From Sphagnum compactum (lineage: Eukaryota): DNA of 64,000 nucleotides. The notes below the pieces were generated by a model that was not told the origin of the DNA, did not search any database, and saw only the letters and a program-made list of their open reading frames with translations. Location: positions 19,458,213-19,522,212 of the forward strand of contig OZ234493.1 in assembly GCA_965153455.1 (NCBI GenBank), in the 5' to 3' direction. Shown in pieces: positions 1 to 14,365 of this stretch (the stretch's first letter is position 1; every line of letters starts with the position of its first letter). A program made the position numbers and the translations under genes.

Positions 1-972
1 GGGAACATGGGGAGCAATAACATTAGTTGGTGGTAATTATGAAACAAACCCATTTCATAAAACTCCAAACCTTAAACCCTAGTCAAGTCTTAAGCCCTCT
101 AGCCCATAACTTTGAAACTTGTAGCTACATAAATGTAAATATGGAGATGTGGGGCACAATGACATTTAGTCGGTACCAATCTTTGAACAAACACATTTCC
201 TAAAGCCCCAAAACCTAAAACTTTATCAAACCCTAGCCCATAACAAATAAAGTTGCAAATACATAAAAGTATATATGGGGAACATGGAAGTAGTTGCATC
301 TAGATGCCACTAAATGTTGTCATTGTTCATGGAATGCCAAACAATAGACCACTAGCATGGCACTTATTTAATAGAAATCCATTTTATTGTTTGAATGTCT
401 TTCATTAATGAACAAGTGTAACTATGATCAATTCCCAAATCAAACCAAAAAAAAGTTGCTGTAAGTTATGTTTAATTTACCAAATATTAACCATCATTGT
501 TAGAATTTATTTATTTTTCATTACTAAACAAGGCAATTATTGCAAAATTTTGAAATTTGACTTAACATAGGGTATCAATTTTTTTTCTTAGAATTTTGGA
601 CCAACCAAGTATCAAATGGCTACTACACTAGGATATTAATATTTTTAAAGTACATATGGATTAATAATCGTTGGGTATGCATAAGGGCCAGTTTTTGCAA
701 TAACCTACCTTGAATTGGACTCAATATGATTATACATATAGGCCTTTATTTTGTGATGAAAGCTTGAAATGAAGATGGTAGCCATTAAAGGGCAAAAGGC
801 CTTAAACCAAGTGATCATTCAATCTATGTCCATTATTGACAAAAGATAACTATTGTCGAAAGTTGAAAGGGACTAACTTTGCAAAGAAGTACATGAACAA
901 AATGATATGAGGTTTAATTTTGGGCAAAATAAAAAAGAAAAAATTACCCCCAAATGGATGGAAGATTTACCA

Positions 973-1160
973 GTATAAATTTATCTTGCTATTCATGTTT
1001 TTCATCTAGCATTTTGATGATATTTAATTAAGATAAATATTTCTTGTTGTTCATGTATTTCATCTAGCATTTGATAATATATTTAATTAATATAAATTTC
1101 TATTTTTTTGTTATTGTTTTTCACGTAACATTTTGATGATATTTACTTAATATAAATATA
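973..1160. repeat. AT-rich ~57-60-bp tandem repeat, about 3 copies
   Basis: Recurring tttcatctagcattt(t)gat(g/a)atattt units. Confidence 0.75.
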
Positions 1161-4100
1161 TCCTAGACCTCACTTCATTTTTTCTTGAATTTACATCTTT
1201 AAAATGAAATCATTTAACTTGTTCCAATTTCATTTCAAACCACATGGGGACCACATTGTGAAAATTCACCCTAACAAAATTCATTGGGACTCTTGTTCAA
1301 AGATTTATTTTGATGAATATCTTTCTTGAACTTTTTGACATTGAATAATGATATATAGTCCTTTTAATTATGTCCAAAGGGTGAAAAAGCAGACTACAAT
1401 GAACCAAAAATGGTGGATGTGGTGTTCATAATTAGTCTTTTTCATAGTGTAAAACTGGAGTCATTATTTCAAAATCGTAAACATCCCCCCCTATAAACAA
1501 AAAAATTGTGGATTTCAAGAAAGGCATCCTTTGAAAATCCTACATACTATTTACATTTTGAAATGTAACTTAAAATTCATCAATGTGTGGATTTCAAGGA
1601 CTAAATTCAACAATTAGCTCAGAATTTTTCATAAAATTTTCAAATATTCATTTTTTATGAATTAATTAATTCTAAATCTACATTCATGATACCACTCCAC
1701 CAAAAAAACAGGAATTTATTGGTATAGTTCATGATGCATTTTTGAATCCATAACACAAATTATGGAATGTGACAACACAATTGGCCTAATTTAAAAAATC
1801 CACTTTGAGTTCATAATATCATTATTTGTCATTCTATTTTTACAATGTTTTCGACTTGTACCCTACTCCTAAAAAATGGGTTTTTCCCAACATTTCATCA
1901 TAATTTCAAAGTTGTATAAGCCTAAAACTTAACACCCTCGTGAAAATTACAATGTGACACCAAAAAATGGATTGTCTAATGTGCTTTCACCCCAAAGGAG
2001 TTGAAAAGAAATATGCATTCATCATGTAATGGGTGGCCAAAAATATAGAATTTGATCCTTATAATATTTACGAAAAGCTTTATGATATTTTGCCAAATAA
2101 TTTTCTTATGGATAATTGTTCCATCTTCCACCACACTGTTTGTGCAAAAGAAATGGAAGATGAAAATGCATAAAGGGTCAAGTTTTAAGGTTAGGTTGAA
2201 ACTTATTTAATAAATTTATTCATTAATTAATTTAGCAAAACTTTTGGCCATCTTATAATCTACATTAAATCACATTCAATAGAATGAAAAGACCTTTCTT
2301 TTAAATGATGAAAATTATATATCCATAATAAAATTTAATAAAATATGATATTACAAAACACATATGTGTATAAATTAGTAATAATGAAATCTACATAATG
2401 TTAATATTTTATATAATTTTTAAAATTTAGTATTATATTTTAATAATATAATATAATATACTTATAAGTTAATATGACACAAGATTTATTGATTAATACA
2501 TGTTTAAAGGTAAGGAGATTTAATATTTATTTTTCTATTATTATAAATAAAATAAAATCCCCCCAACAAATTCAATGTTGATTTAAAATAGGTTTATTTA
2601 CAAATCATTTTTTAAAATATAATTTCTTCAAGAAGTCATTGTTGTTCAAATGTATTAAAATGTATCGACAATTCAAATGAATTTTTAGTCAAATTACTTC
2701 ATATATATATTTGATTTTTTTTATAAATGTGTGTTAATATCACTTTTTTGGGGCTTGGCAAGTACCAACTAACTTGCCTAGAAACAATTGTAAAAATAAC
2801 ACTATGCCAAATTGTGACTTTCATGACTAGAACATTAAACAACTATGTCATGTGTACAATCATTTTTGCTTTGGGCATGGACAAGGTTAGTCATGAATAT
2901 GATTATATGACCAGGAACAAAAAGCATAACAATTTTTAGTCATTTACATGATTACAAGACTAAAATTATGACTTCATGACTACTTAAGAATACAATTACA
3001 ACATATGTTGGTCCCCCAACATTATGTAATTAATTCAAACAACATATCTAATAAATGTTTTCTGATATCAATTAAGTACACCATGAAAGTTCAATGAATA
3101 CATAATCTTAGGATTTAAGGTTCTAATAATTAAATTTTAAAAACCAATCAAAAAAATGGGAGGTTAATTATAATTTAATTATTAATTATTAAAATTTTAC
3201 ATTTATATAGTAAAATTTAGGATTGGCATTGGATATTTCACAAGTGAACCTAGCTTAGGGAAATCTAAAAATGAATAGAGATTTGTTCAAAAGGTGTTTT
3301 TGAAATTTTAAAAAATCACTAGAAAAGTAAGGAAGTAAATTTAAATTGGCCAGATTGAAACTTGTTCTTCCTACAAGTAGCTAGTGGGACTTTGAAAAGA
3401 AAAAACCTCATATCTATCTTGTAGGGCTAGTTGTGGATAAATCCTCCTATGGATGATTGCAAATGTGGCTATGTCATAAATTAATTTTTTAATAAAATTT
3501 AAGTTTTAAAATTTTAAATAACATTAAAAGCCCACAATCCCTTACCAATGGAGGATTTCCATTAAGGTTTAGAAAGGCTTTCCTTGCTTTAGAAAAAATC
3601 TACATGTGGGCATTCATGAGGAGGCACACAAAGGTGTTGAAGAACTAGGCAAGAAAAAAAGTCCATTTCTAGTTTGAAGGGTGAGTTCTTCTTCAAACTT
3701 ATGCTTTTATTTTTCAAGTTTATTCAATATTTTTCTTTCTTTTTTGTCTTCTTCAAAAGGTACAAGATGGAAGGACACAAGTCCTAGAAAACTAAGAATA
3801 CTCCAAAAAGGGCAAATCGCAAGGGGAACAAGAAGAAATCAAATACTTGAACCTTCCCCCCCAATTGTGATAAGCATATTAAATAAAGAGAGGGGAAGAA
3901 GACCTAGAAAAATTCTTGACCTAGATCAACCTTCACCTATAATAACATACAAATATGTTATTATTAAATCAGGCAAGGTTCCATTCCCCTTCCTAACATC
4001 ACAAATTTATATGTTTCATGGGTTTGTTCCAAATCCATGGGAAATTTGTTATTTCATGGGTTCGTATTGTTTAAACATGAATGTCATGCATTGTTTAAAC

Positions 4101-4499
4101 ACAAAAGTTATGTGCACAACTTTTGTGTGTAAACAATATGGATAGACATACAACATCCATGTTTCAACAATATGAATAGGGATATGACATTCGTATCTAA
4201 ACAATGCACATGACATTGATGTTCGAACAATACAAATAGATGAATGACATCTATGTCTATTCCATTCAAACCTATGAAAAGCAAATTTCACAACTATTAT
4301 TGCCAAATCATGACGCATGAAATTTGTGATGAAGTTAGGTTTCATTTTTCATACGTAGATTTTGTGAGAAGTTTTGCCATTGTTTTTTTCACAATGATTG
4401 TTGTTGAGAGATTCTAATTCAAATGTATTCGTGTAACCTATTTCATTGGTTTGAATGTGTATTGGTTATCCATTACTTCCTTCCAAAGCCATCTTTTTG

Positions 4500-7400
4500 G
4501 TAATTCACTTGAATTTTGAACTAGGAAAACTATTCAAAATTCAGTATTTTTTGGAAATGCTATTGGATTTCTACAAATCCAAACACCTTCATTAAATCTT
4601 ATGCATCGAAAGTTTTTTAACAATACAAAGAGTGTGCCCAAATTCCATTATAATTTTTTATTTAAATGAATTTTCAATGAAAACATTGTTTTCAATAACT
4701 TTTTCACTATAAGTTGAAGCATTATGAAACCAACTTGATACACCTTTATTCATTGAAAACTTTCCAACAACACCAAGAGCATGACAAGATGCACCATTAT
4801 TTGGGAGATTTTAATGTGACAAATAAATAAAATAAACTACCTTCTTTCATAGATAAATAGTGAAGGTTTTCAAAGACCATAAATGAAGAAAAAACTTAAT
4901 AAAAATCACCATTCTAATATTTGATTTTTAGTTTGTAGTTTTTTTAAAAAATGATTAAAGATTTGTACTTCATATTTGGTTTATAGCCAAATTTGGCTAA
5001 ATCTTATTACGGATGATAGTTTTTTTTATTACAAACAAAAATTCCTAAAAAAGAACAATGACCATCACCTACATAATATATATTGACATCTTCACTTTTT
5101 TGGGTGAATCCTTTTATTATAGAAACTCCACATACACATCATACACCAAGTTTTAGATGAAATATAACCAATATATGCAGTGCTGGGCCATTTGGGCCAA
5201 TAAATTAGGTTTGATTTGGTAAGTGATCACATGATTCGATAGTTGAAATGGGTGTGTTTAGTGTTCCATCTACGAGTGTTAAAAAATTATCGTTAATTTG
5301 TTGAAGCATACTCACATGTGACATTGAAGAGCTTGTCATGATTTATTTTGTTTATGCCAATTGGAATGAATGTTTCACCTATTGATGAATGTGGTTAAAA
5401 TTCATTAAACATTACCCTACCATTTATTTTTTTGCCATGAATTGCTGTGCTTTGTTTTGGCAAGATGTTGGTCAAGTCTTGTAGAACCTTGGAGACAAAT
5501 GGGGAAACATCTTTGATGCCAAATTTTCTATTGTATTTTAGTGATGTTTCTTATTTTCCTTACCAATACAATGATAAAAAATGGAATGAATTTTCCTCAA
5601 TATAGGACATAATATTGTTATTCTAGGATCCACACTCTTGATGTAAGATTGAAAAATGAAATATAAAACTTAATTAAGCTCAATATGAAAAATTGGGTTT
5701 CATAAAACAAAAGTGGAGTTATAACCCAAGGAGCCAATTTCTAACACAAGATTGCATGTCTTAATAAAGAATTGAACATCCTAAATCATGGATCCAAATT
5801 TGTAAGAACTATTGAATAGTAAATGTTCCTACAAAAATCAAATAGTCATATTTTCAATTGAAAGGATTTAATTCGTTCCCTTGCAAAATTCCTTATATTT
5901 TGGAAAATTATAAGGTATTGTACTAAGACTTATTAAGGATTCTAAATTCTTGAAACCACACCTTGGTTCCTAAAAAGGTTAGTGGTTTGACACCTCTTGT
6001 GACAAAAATTACGAAGGTGCACTAATTGATCTTGACCATGTGTTTGTAAGAAATTCATTGAGAATGATATTGAAAGGAAAACTATGACTTTATGAACTAG
6101 ACTTATTGATGTGCATCATGATTAAGGACTAAAAGAGGATAATGGAAAATTGATTCTTGAAAACCATAATCTTGAAACAAAACACACAAATGAATGGAAA
6201 TAAATAACATAAACATGTAGACAACAAAATGTATTCAAAAGTATGTTTCACATGTTTGAAAATGAAATGTTGGGTGTTTCCATTGGGAGGGATTGTACCA
6301 TATTGGCTTCTATTTTCATGCCCACCTTTCCTTGAACATGCTTGGAATCTAATTTTAAACCCCAAGTTGCACACCAATTTGTAGTAAAGGTGGCATCACA
6401 AAAAGGAACAACAGAGCAAGACAAAGTTGTGTGTATTCTTTTATACATCAAGGGTGATAGGTATGTTCAAAAGAGGTTGTCAATAAATTATTGCAACTAA
6501 ATCACAATCCACAAAGATGACATGTGGGGTAGTTACAACATAGGGTGGTTCATTTTTTCTTCACATTTTATTGTCTACATATTGCATTTTATTCAAGTGC
6601 CATAAACATATGGTGAAATCATCAATGCAACAAAAACATTTACAAATTAAAAATGCCAATTTGAATAAGAACATGGACATAATGATGAAATTCAAAAACT
6701 ATCTACCAAACATATAGTCATGAACTTTGATTAAATTATTATAATTGTAGTAATTAATTTTGATTACTGTAAAAATATGAATAATTAATGTGAATATTTT
6801 GTATTTCTGATAAATGTTAAGTATAAATAAGTAATTTAAAAGTTATAAATACAATTTTTTTGAAAATTAAATTCATTACTGTAATTATAGTATAATTATT
6901 ACAAAAATTAGAACCCAATTTAATTATAATTTATGACATATGAATAGCTTAAATATTATATAACTATTTATGATAATAATATTAAATAAATAAATAATCT
7001 AAATAAAATGGTTTTATAATAAATAATTTGATTTAAATAATTTTACTATATAATTTTTATAATTTTTTTTTATTAATATGCAGAAATATGAAAAATATTG
7101 TAAAATTAATGTAGTAATAATAATTATTCACTTTCAATCAAATATTATAGGTTTTACATACAATAATTTATTATAATTGAACTATTTTAATTAAAATAAA
7201 TAAATAAATAAATAATTCACATTATAGTAAAATTACCATAAGAATTGTAAATTTTAACTGAAATTATAAATTATAAATATTATTATTAAGTGAAATTACA
7301 TATTATATAAATTTTAAATAAATTTTTAACATTGTAAAAATAATAATAATTAGGGTAAATTTTTTATGTTGGAAGAATAATTATTTACTGAAATTAATTA

Positions 7401-8319
7401 ATTATAAACAATAGACATATTAATTTGAGAGTAATGATGATAATTACATTAATTATTGGAATTACGTTATGATTAGTGTAAAAACTTGAAATATGGATTT
7501 TAATTATAAAATTTAAGTTTTAAATTATTTGATTATCTATTTAAAAAATTGGTAACTAATTTAATTACAATAATTCTACTATAATTATTGTACTTGTTTT
7601 TTATACACCCATGGATGTTTGATGTATTGTCACCTTTACATATACCCTAATATGAGGCTAATATACAATAATATGTTTTCAACCATGCCTAATTAATCCA
7701 AGAGAATAATACATATATATGCCATTATGAATGTGGAGTACATAATGTATACATAAGGCTTAGTATACATAATTGTTAGTCACCATAACATAAAATACAC
7801 GACTTACCCTATACAAAATTAGTAACATACATAAGTTAATGTATAAAGAAGTATAAGATAACATTTTTTGGTCACTTTTGCAACTAATGGGCCATATAAA
7901 GGTCTTCTAAAATGAAAATAATGTGAAAAATAATCACATTGGAAGAATGAAAAACCTGTAAATTGTTGCAACATAGTCATAAATGTGACCAAAAAATGTG
8001 ATGTGATATTCAGTCGCAAATGTAACCAGTGTTACTTGTCAACAACAATTAGTCGCATGTAATCACAAATCATTTGATTACATTTTAGCCTTTCTCTACG
8101 CGTGACAATATTTTTAATGATAAAAAGGTCCTTTTTTTTCTTGGGCATCAAGCTATCCTTGTCCATATATATTTTCTCATGCATTGAAGTGTAGGAAAAA
8201 CTAGTTTTATTATATTTGTTCTAAATGCCAAATTTCTTTTAACATGGAGTTGGGTGAAAGGTCACATCATGATGGGAATAATGCTTTCTTGGAAGTTGAA
8301 TCATTTTTGCCACCATCTA
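4500..8319. repeat. Left outer arm of a large inverted duplication (partner 25825-29615)
   Basis: Continuous reverse-complement match over about 3.8 kb. In one sample, 6261-6322 versus 27798-27859 differ at about 7 of 62 nt. The paired ORFs 6129-6377(-) and 27640-27870(+) translate similarly. Confidence 0.95.
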
Positions 8320-10461
8320 AGTAAAGAGAAATCAAACTTCAACATGTAACTTGGGAAAGCCCAAGAAAAAACTGTGCAAAGAAAGCTCATGATAATTTCA
8401 TGAAGAAGCACCACATTGCTATGCCATCCAGAGCTTGAAGGAGGATTTTCAGCGGGGACCAAAGGTGTCTCAATCTCTGCACAGGGATGCACAACATCTC
8501 TCTTTCTTTTTGGCGGCCCTTGTGAAAGATCAACTCCTTTTCGCTTGAGGCCATCTGAATTTCCCATATTTTGCACTACTGAAATTCATTTTGCTCACTG
8601 GTCTCATAAATATTTTTCTCTTAACCTTTTGTTCTCATAAAACCTGCTACAAATCCTTTGCCATCCCTATAACATACACAGGGTATGATGGGTGTCCCAC
8701 ACATCACAGATTCCCACAAGCTAAGCTGATCTTTCCACTAGATCTCCCCCACAAAACACCAACCCCTTTCCTCTTCACGATCTCCCTGGAATTCTCACAC
8801 TCTTCTCTCACTCCTTTTCGACTTTTCTTGCAGATGTTTCTTTTTCTTCATTTTCTCGGTGCCCAGAAAATTCAAGAAGGGTTTTGTCATGACTCTTCAG
8901 ACTCTAGTAGACGCGCTTTACCGATTTCTTGGCCACTGAACAATTCATTACTGTCTTTTGTGGAACACATGTCTCTATTTTCTATTTTCTACTCATAATT
9001 GAGGATGGAGTATGCAACGTCACCTTGAGACTTGTGAAACACGCTTTACTTTTTCCCTCTGGCCTCCTCCATTATTATCATCATGACTTTTGTTCACATC
9101 CACTCATCGACCTCTCTTTTACCAAAAGACTATAGCCGAAAAAAAGCTAAGTCATAAATTTTAAAAGTGCTAAAATCAAATTCTTTTTAAGATTCTCAAT
9201 AGCCGAAATTCAACCAAATTCAAAGAAAAATCGTCAAATTTCCTTACATGCCTTTCAGTAGGTAGCCAAAATAAGAGAAATATGTTTAAAATTTTCTAAT
9301 GCCATATTTAGCTCATAGCCAAATCTGGCTAAATCTTCCTACCGATGATAGCCACTTGGGCTATGTCTCAAAACCGACCAAAAAATTATTCATCCACACG
9401 TTTTCTGCTGTTGGCTGATTTCACCCAGTGCATTATTGAAGCGCTCTGCCAGAGCTCATGTTGCAGGCAATGCATAATTAATTGGGCCTTGGGCGAACCG
9501 GCCAGGATGAATTGACCCCCACAGTGGGATCACTGTAAAAACCCCCAAAACCCATTTAATTGGCCGTATTAGGCCCCAAGATTTATAGATTTGGACTTGG
9601 GGACCTGATTTAGTCTAGGGAAATGATATTTATAAATATTGACGAGCATTTAAATGAGCTTTGTGGTTTTTACCATGATCCCAATGTGGGGGTCAATTTG
9701 CCTTGTTTGGGTGAACCTGGACTACACTAGAACCACCGTGAAAATCCGAAAGTTTTTGGGGGCACCTTCAAAACATTATAGATACATGGAGCATCCTTAG
9801 AACATCATCACCCGACACCTGCAAACACCCCTTTTCATTAAATCTTCCAGCGGGATAGCCTAACTCATGCTCCTCTCCAGTATTTATGTCGATTTGCCGT
9901 GGTCATTTTAACCCCTTTAAATGCCACTCTGGATGTGGACAGTGACTAATACTGGTCCAGATGTAAAGACATAAATGGTTTTTGAGTGTTTAAAGGGATT
10001 TTTATGACGTTTGTGGGTGGCGATTGTGATCATTAAAAACTATTCTATTTTAGCATAAAGCAGTTTTTTGCAGTTTTGGGGGTGGAGATGATCTTAGACA
10101 AAATCAGGGTCTCTAAATCGACAAAGACAGCCTCTAAGAGGCCTCACTCAAGAAGGTGAGTGTACCAGTGCAGGTGCTGGTTCGCCCTGGCCAGTGGCTA
10201 TGATTGGAGGAGCCTGGGGGGAGAAGGAAAAATTACATGGACAGTCATAGCAAATAAATCCAGAGTAGAAAAACAAAAGAAATTCTGTACAAAGGAATGA
10301 TTTTTCTTGGTGAATCTTGGCACTATGGCTACAAAGGAAATTTGAAGAAATTGGGAAAATTCGTTATAATAGTGTGAGTTCGAAAAAAAAATGGTGATAA
10401 AATGGAAATAATTGACAAAGTTTACAACCTACTAAATTGAAAAAATTAGAAAAAGAAGACT
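8320..10461. repeat. Left inner arm of the inverted duplication (partner 14913-16935)
   Basis: aacttcaacatgtaacttggg at 8335 is the reverse complement of the sequence ending near 16920. ORF pairs 8301-8576/16694-16915 and 8591-8998/15931-16820 match. Confidence 0.95.
9503..9705. mobile_element. Foldback/MITE-like insertion found only in the left inner arm
   Basis: About 50-bp inverted ends aattgacccccacagtgggatca... / ...tgatcccaatgtgggggtcaatt; absent at the matching site near 15580. Confidence 0.75.
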
Positions 10462-10636
10462 GTTACAGAGGTATATATGTGTGCACTCTAAATAAAGTAT
10501 GGAAAAACACGTGAAACTACTGGTGTTTTACTGCAAGACCCTTTTGACTCCTTATGGTGAGCCTGTTCCCCATAATAACTCCAAGACGCATCAAAGAAAT
10601 GTTAAATTTGAACTCTTCAACCCTCAGTTGGTCTAA

Positions 10637-10982
10637 GGCCTGCTTTACACTAGGAGTCAGGGCTGAAAAATCTTGCGGCCAAGTTTGAGCATTTTTGGCT
10701 TGTTGTTTGGCTGCAAGTTACTACTAAATGGTAGAACATTCTCCACAAGGCTTGCAAATTGGCTTCCCAAATTTGATGGTATCCTTTTCTTCAGCCTTGG
10801 GGCCAGTACAAGGCCATCAAGTTCAGTGTTTATTAGTAACTTGGGGCAGATTGCAAAGATTTTTTTTCTATTTCAGCCTTGACTCCTAGTGTAAGCACTT
10901 GGGGCTGATTTCAACTTTTGCAGCAATAGGAATGCTTGATTTGAGTTGAAGATCAGCCTTGACTCCTAGTGTAAAGTGGGCC
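10637..10982. mobile_element. Tourist-like (PIF/Harbinger) MITE; second copy at 14043-14365
   Basis: TIRs ggcctgctttacactaggagtcagggctga / tcagccttgactcctagtgtaaagtgggcc, flanked by TAA on both sides. Confidence 0.85.
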
Positions 10983-11786
10983 TAAGAGCAGCTGCACAGG
11001 TACTGGGTATATGGGCCTGAACATTGAATTCTGGCTCAGCACAGTGGCTTTGGGCTTTGAGATTTTCCCTGAGAATACCAAGGCAGACAAAAGGCTCAGC
11101 CAAGGACAATACCGCCTGTTGGTTGTTAGATAGACTGTGAGACAGGTGGTTGGTCCAAGTGGGTTGCTAATAGCTATTATTGGTTGCTGATCATTTACAG
11201 TGTAAGTTTTAGTGTGGGCTCGATAAAAAAATTAAAAAGAAACTAATCCTGGTTTTGGGAAATATTGTATTCCATTGCCATATACTAAGAGCACCTATGG
11301 AGCTGCTCTAAGGATGATTTTAGCTACAACAGAAGGTGTCTTTGCATTTCAAGTGATTTCAGTACATTGAATGAAGCCACTAATTTAAATAAATTGAGAC
11401 TAGTTGAAGAATAATGAATTTACTGATTTAATGGGGGGGGGAACTAGTGAACTGCACGCACATTTTGTAAGATTTAGAAGCAAACACAATGTGTTTTTGT
11501 AGCTTGGTACTAGTATAGGTGCTGATTTGGTCAAGCTGTAATTATACCAGGCATAAGCACTATGAGTGGTCCCATGGCCTTGGGATGTGTGGCCACAGCA
11601 TGGGAGGGTATGCCCTGTAAATAGTGAAACAGTGGGTTCCAGTACCATCTTTTCCTGACTTTACAGATAACTTTAATATCACAAGTTAGATTGGGGTAAT
11701 GCCAACCAAGTGGTGCGTTCTCCCTGAAATAGGCCTGCCCTGGCTTTGGCCAGTGTGGGTTCTTTGGGGGTAAGACCTTGCCATAT

Positions 11787-12675
11787 CTTAATGCCATTTT
11801 TTACTAAAAAAACATGTATTTATAAAATCAAGATTCAAAGTTAAAACATTTGGTTCTGGGCTTTTAAAAAAATCATAGGAAATCAAAGAAAGTTTATAAG
11901 ATTAAAATAGTATGGTGACAATCTCGTTCTTTTGTGAAAAGAAATTTGACTTATTTGATTTTCATATAAATCGATTCATAATTGAAAATGTTCCATTGTA
12001 ATATTTTGACCCATGTTTTGTAATTGTTCATGTATGTACAAGATTTCATCTTCTCCCCGCTGGACTAAAGATTTATGTTGTAAATTTTGTAATTCAAACT
12101 TTGGGTTTAAATAATCTCCGCTCCACATTCGACAAATAGTACTTACTTTCAAACCACCCAAAAAAAAAAATTCAAAAACATCTTTTGATGTTGTTTATCC
12201 AAGTACTCATAAAAAAATTTCAATTTAATCCAAAACTCTTCATTATCATGACCCCTAATGAGACTTTGCTCACTTTTCAATTTGTTCAATGCACCCTTCT
12301 AGATTTCCAATTTTTTAGTATTGAAGAAAAAATAACCCAATACTTTAAGACTTAGAGGGAACCCCCACAAGCATTTATAATCTTTGTACATATATTTTTG
12401 AAATTTTTTGTTGGAACATGATTTGCATTATCGAATGCATGGAACATAAATAATTCCCTTGCTTGCTCTTCCTCCAAAGATTTCATGATCATTTTTTCAT
12501 TCTCACTTACATCAAATTTCAGAATTTGTCAATTTTGACAATCCATAAGTACTTTGCTTTTAGAAGTTGCATTCTTGACAACCTTTTCAATGAGAAGTTG
12601 CAAGGATGTAAGGTTCTCCGACTTATCAACATCATCCATCACCACTTACACTTTCTCCGATATCACTGATTGCCT
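11787..12675 (-). pseudogene. Antisense NB-ARC fragment, an unspliced copy homologous to about 20055-20948
   Basis: The reverse complement gives kinase-2, RNBS-C and GLPL-like segments plus GGLKVSTICRMWSGDYLNPK...LYIHEQL, followed by the adjoining intron sequence. It contains frameshifts and stops. Confidence 0.92.
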
Positions 12676-13128
12676 AATCTTGCAGTGGTGTAGCGTAATT
12701 CATGCTCCTCTCTAATATTTATGTTGATTTGCAGTGGTCATTTTAACCCCTTTAAAAATTAGCATGGATTTGGACAGTGATTATTACTGGTCCAGATGTA
12801 GACATAAATGGTCTTTGAGTGTTTAAAGGGGCTTTTATGACATTTGTGGGTGGGGACAGTGATCCTTTAAAACTATTCTATTTTAACATAAAGCATTTTT
12901 TTCCAGTTTTTGGGGTGGAGATGATCTTAGACAAAATTAGGGTCTCTAAATCGACAAAGACAGCGTCTAAGAGCCCTCTCTCAAGAAGTGAGTGTACCAG
13001 TGTAGGTGCTGGTTCGCCCCAGACAGTGGCTATGATTGGAGCAGCCTGGGGGGAGAAGGAAAAATTACATGGAAGGTCATAGCAAGTAAATCCAGAGTAG
13101 AAAAATAAAATAAAAAATTTGTAGAGAG

Positions 13129-13300
13129 GAGTGATTTTTCTTGGTGAATTTTCGCACTGTGGCTACAAAGAAATTTAAAGAAATTGGGAAAATTCGTTTT
13201 AATAGTGTGAATTTGAGAAAAAAATGCACATAAAATAGAAAAGTCAACAAAGTTTACAAACCACAAAATTGAGAAAAGAAGGAAAGGAAAAAAAGCACTG
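13129..13300. mobile_element. hAT-type MITE (CAGTG...CACTG family); homologous copies at about 10295-10461 and 14913-15085
   Basis: Ends gagtgattttt...aaaagcactg with an 8-bp TSD gtagagag / gtacagag. Confidence 0.75.
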
Positions 13301-13361
13301 GTACAGAGGTATATATATGTGCACCCTAAATAAAATATGGAAAAACATGTTGTGAAACTAA

Positions 13362-13688
13362 GGGAAACTTTAGATGAGGGTCCAAGGTCCAGGAACCAAT
13401 GAATTCAAGCAATCTTATTGGTCGAAAGCTTTAAATTGGTCCCAAGGCCTTTAGACGAGGATCCAAGACCAAAAAGTGACAAATTGAGGCTAATGTGGCA
13501 CCTGTTTTGGAGGGAAAATCAATTGGTTGGGACCAAAAGACAGTGCTAAAAGGAGAGCTCCTGATTTGGAGAACCAAGAATCAGGCTAGGGACCCAGGTA
13601 CACTCCACCTCAAGAATTCAATTTGCTTCACATGAGTCCAAATTGGTTCCTAGGAAATCGGACCCGGGACCCTCGCCTAAAGTGGGCC
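13362..13688. mobile_element. Tourist-like MITE inserted after the duplication
   Basis: TIRs gggaaactttagatgagggtcc / ggaccctcgcctaaagtgggcc with a TAA TSD (13359-61, 13689-91). The empty site gtgaaactactggtg is at about 10511. Confidence 0.88.
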
Positions 13689-14042
13689 TAATGATGTTTT
13701 ACTGCAAGACCGTTTTGACTCCTTATGTGGAGAACCACAGTCAGCTCGATTGACATCCGGTGCAAAGTGCAAACATGTTGGATCCGTGACCTGAGGCCTT
13801 AGCCTAGTGAAAGCCAGTACCTTTTTGCTCACTTTTGGTTTTGTGACTTGCTTTGTGTTATGGTGCCCGCAACCAAGTCTGTTGTTTGTGAAGGAATTGG
13901 GGAAACCTGTATTAATGACCAGGCTGAACCTGCACCTACATTAATGCATTCACCTTCTTGAATGAGGCCTTTCCCCCATTATCACTACAAGACGCATAAA
14001 AGAAATGTTAAATTTGAACTCAGAGACCCTGATTTAGTCTGA

Positions 14043-14365
14043 GGCCCGCTTTACACTAGGAGTTAGGGCTGAAAAAACTTGGGGCAACTCTGAGTATTTT
14101 TTTATTTTTGTCTGGCCCCAAGTTATTAATAAATGCTACAACATTGGCCACAAGGGTTGAAAATTGGCTTCCCAAATTTGATGGTATCCTTTTTTTTAGC
14201 CTTGGGGCCAACACAAGTTATTAGTGACTTGGGGCAGATTGAAAAGATTTTTTCTTTTTTGGCCTTGACTCCTAGTGTAATTTAGCACTTGAGGCTGATT
14301 TCAACTTTTGCACCGTGCGTGATTTGAGTTGAACATCGCCCTCGACTCCTATTGTAAAGTGGGCC
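14043..14365. mobile_element. Tourist-like MITE, duplicated copy of 10637-10982
   Basis: Same TIRs; flanks tga and taa. Confidence 0.8.
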
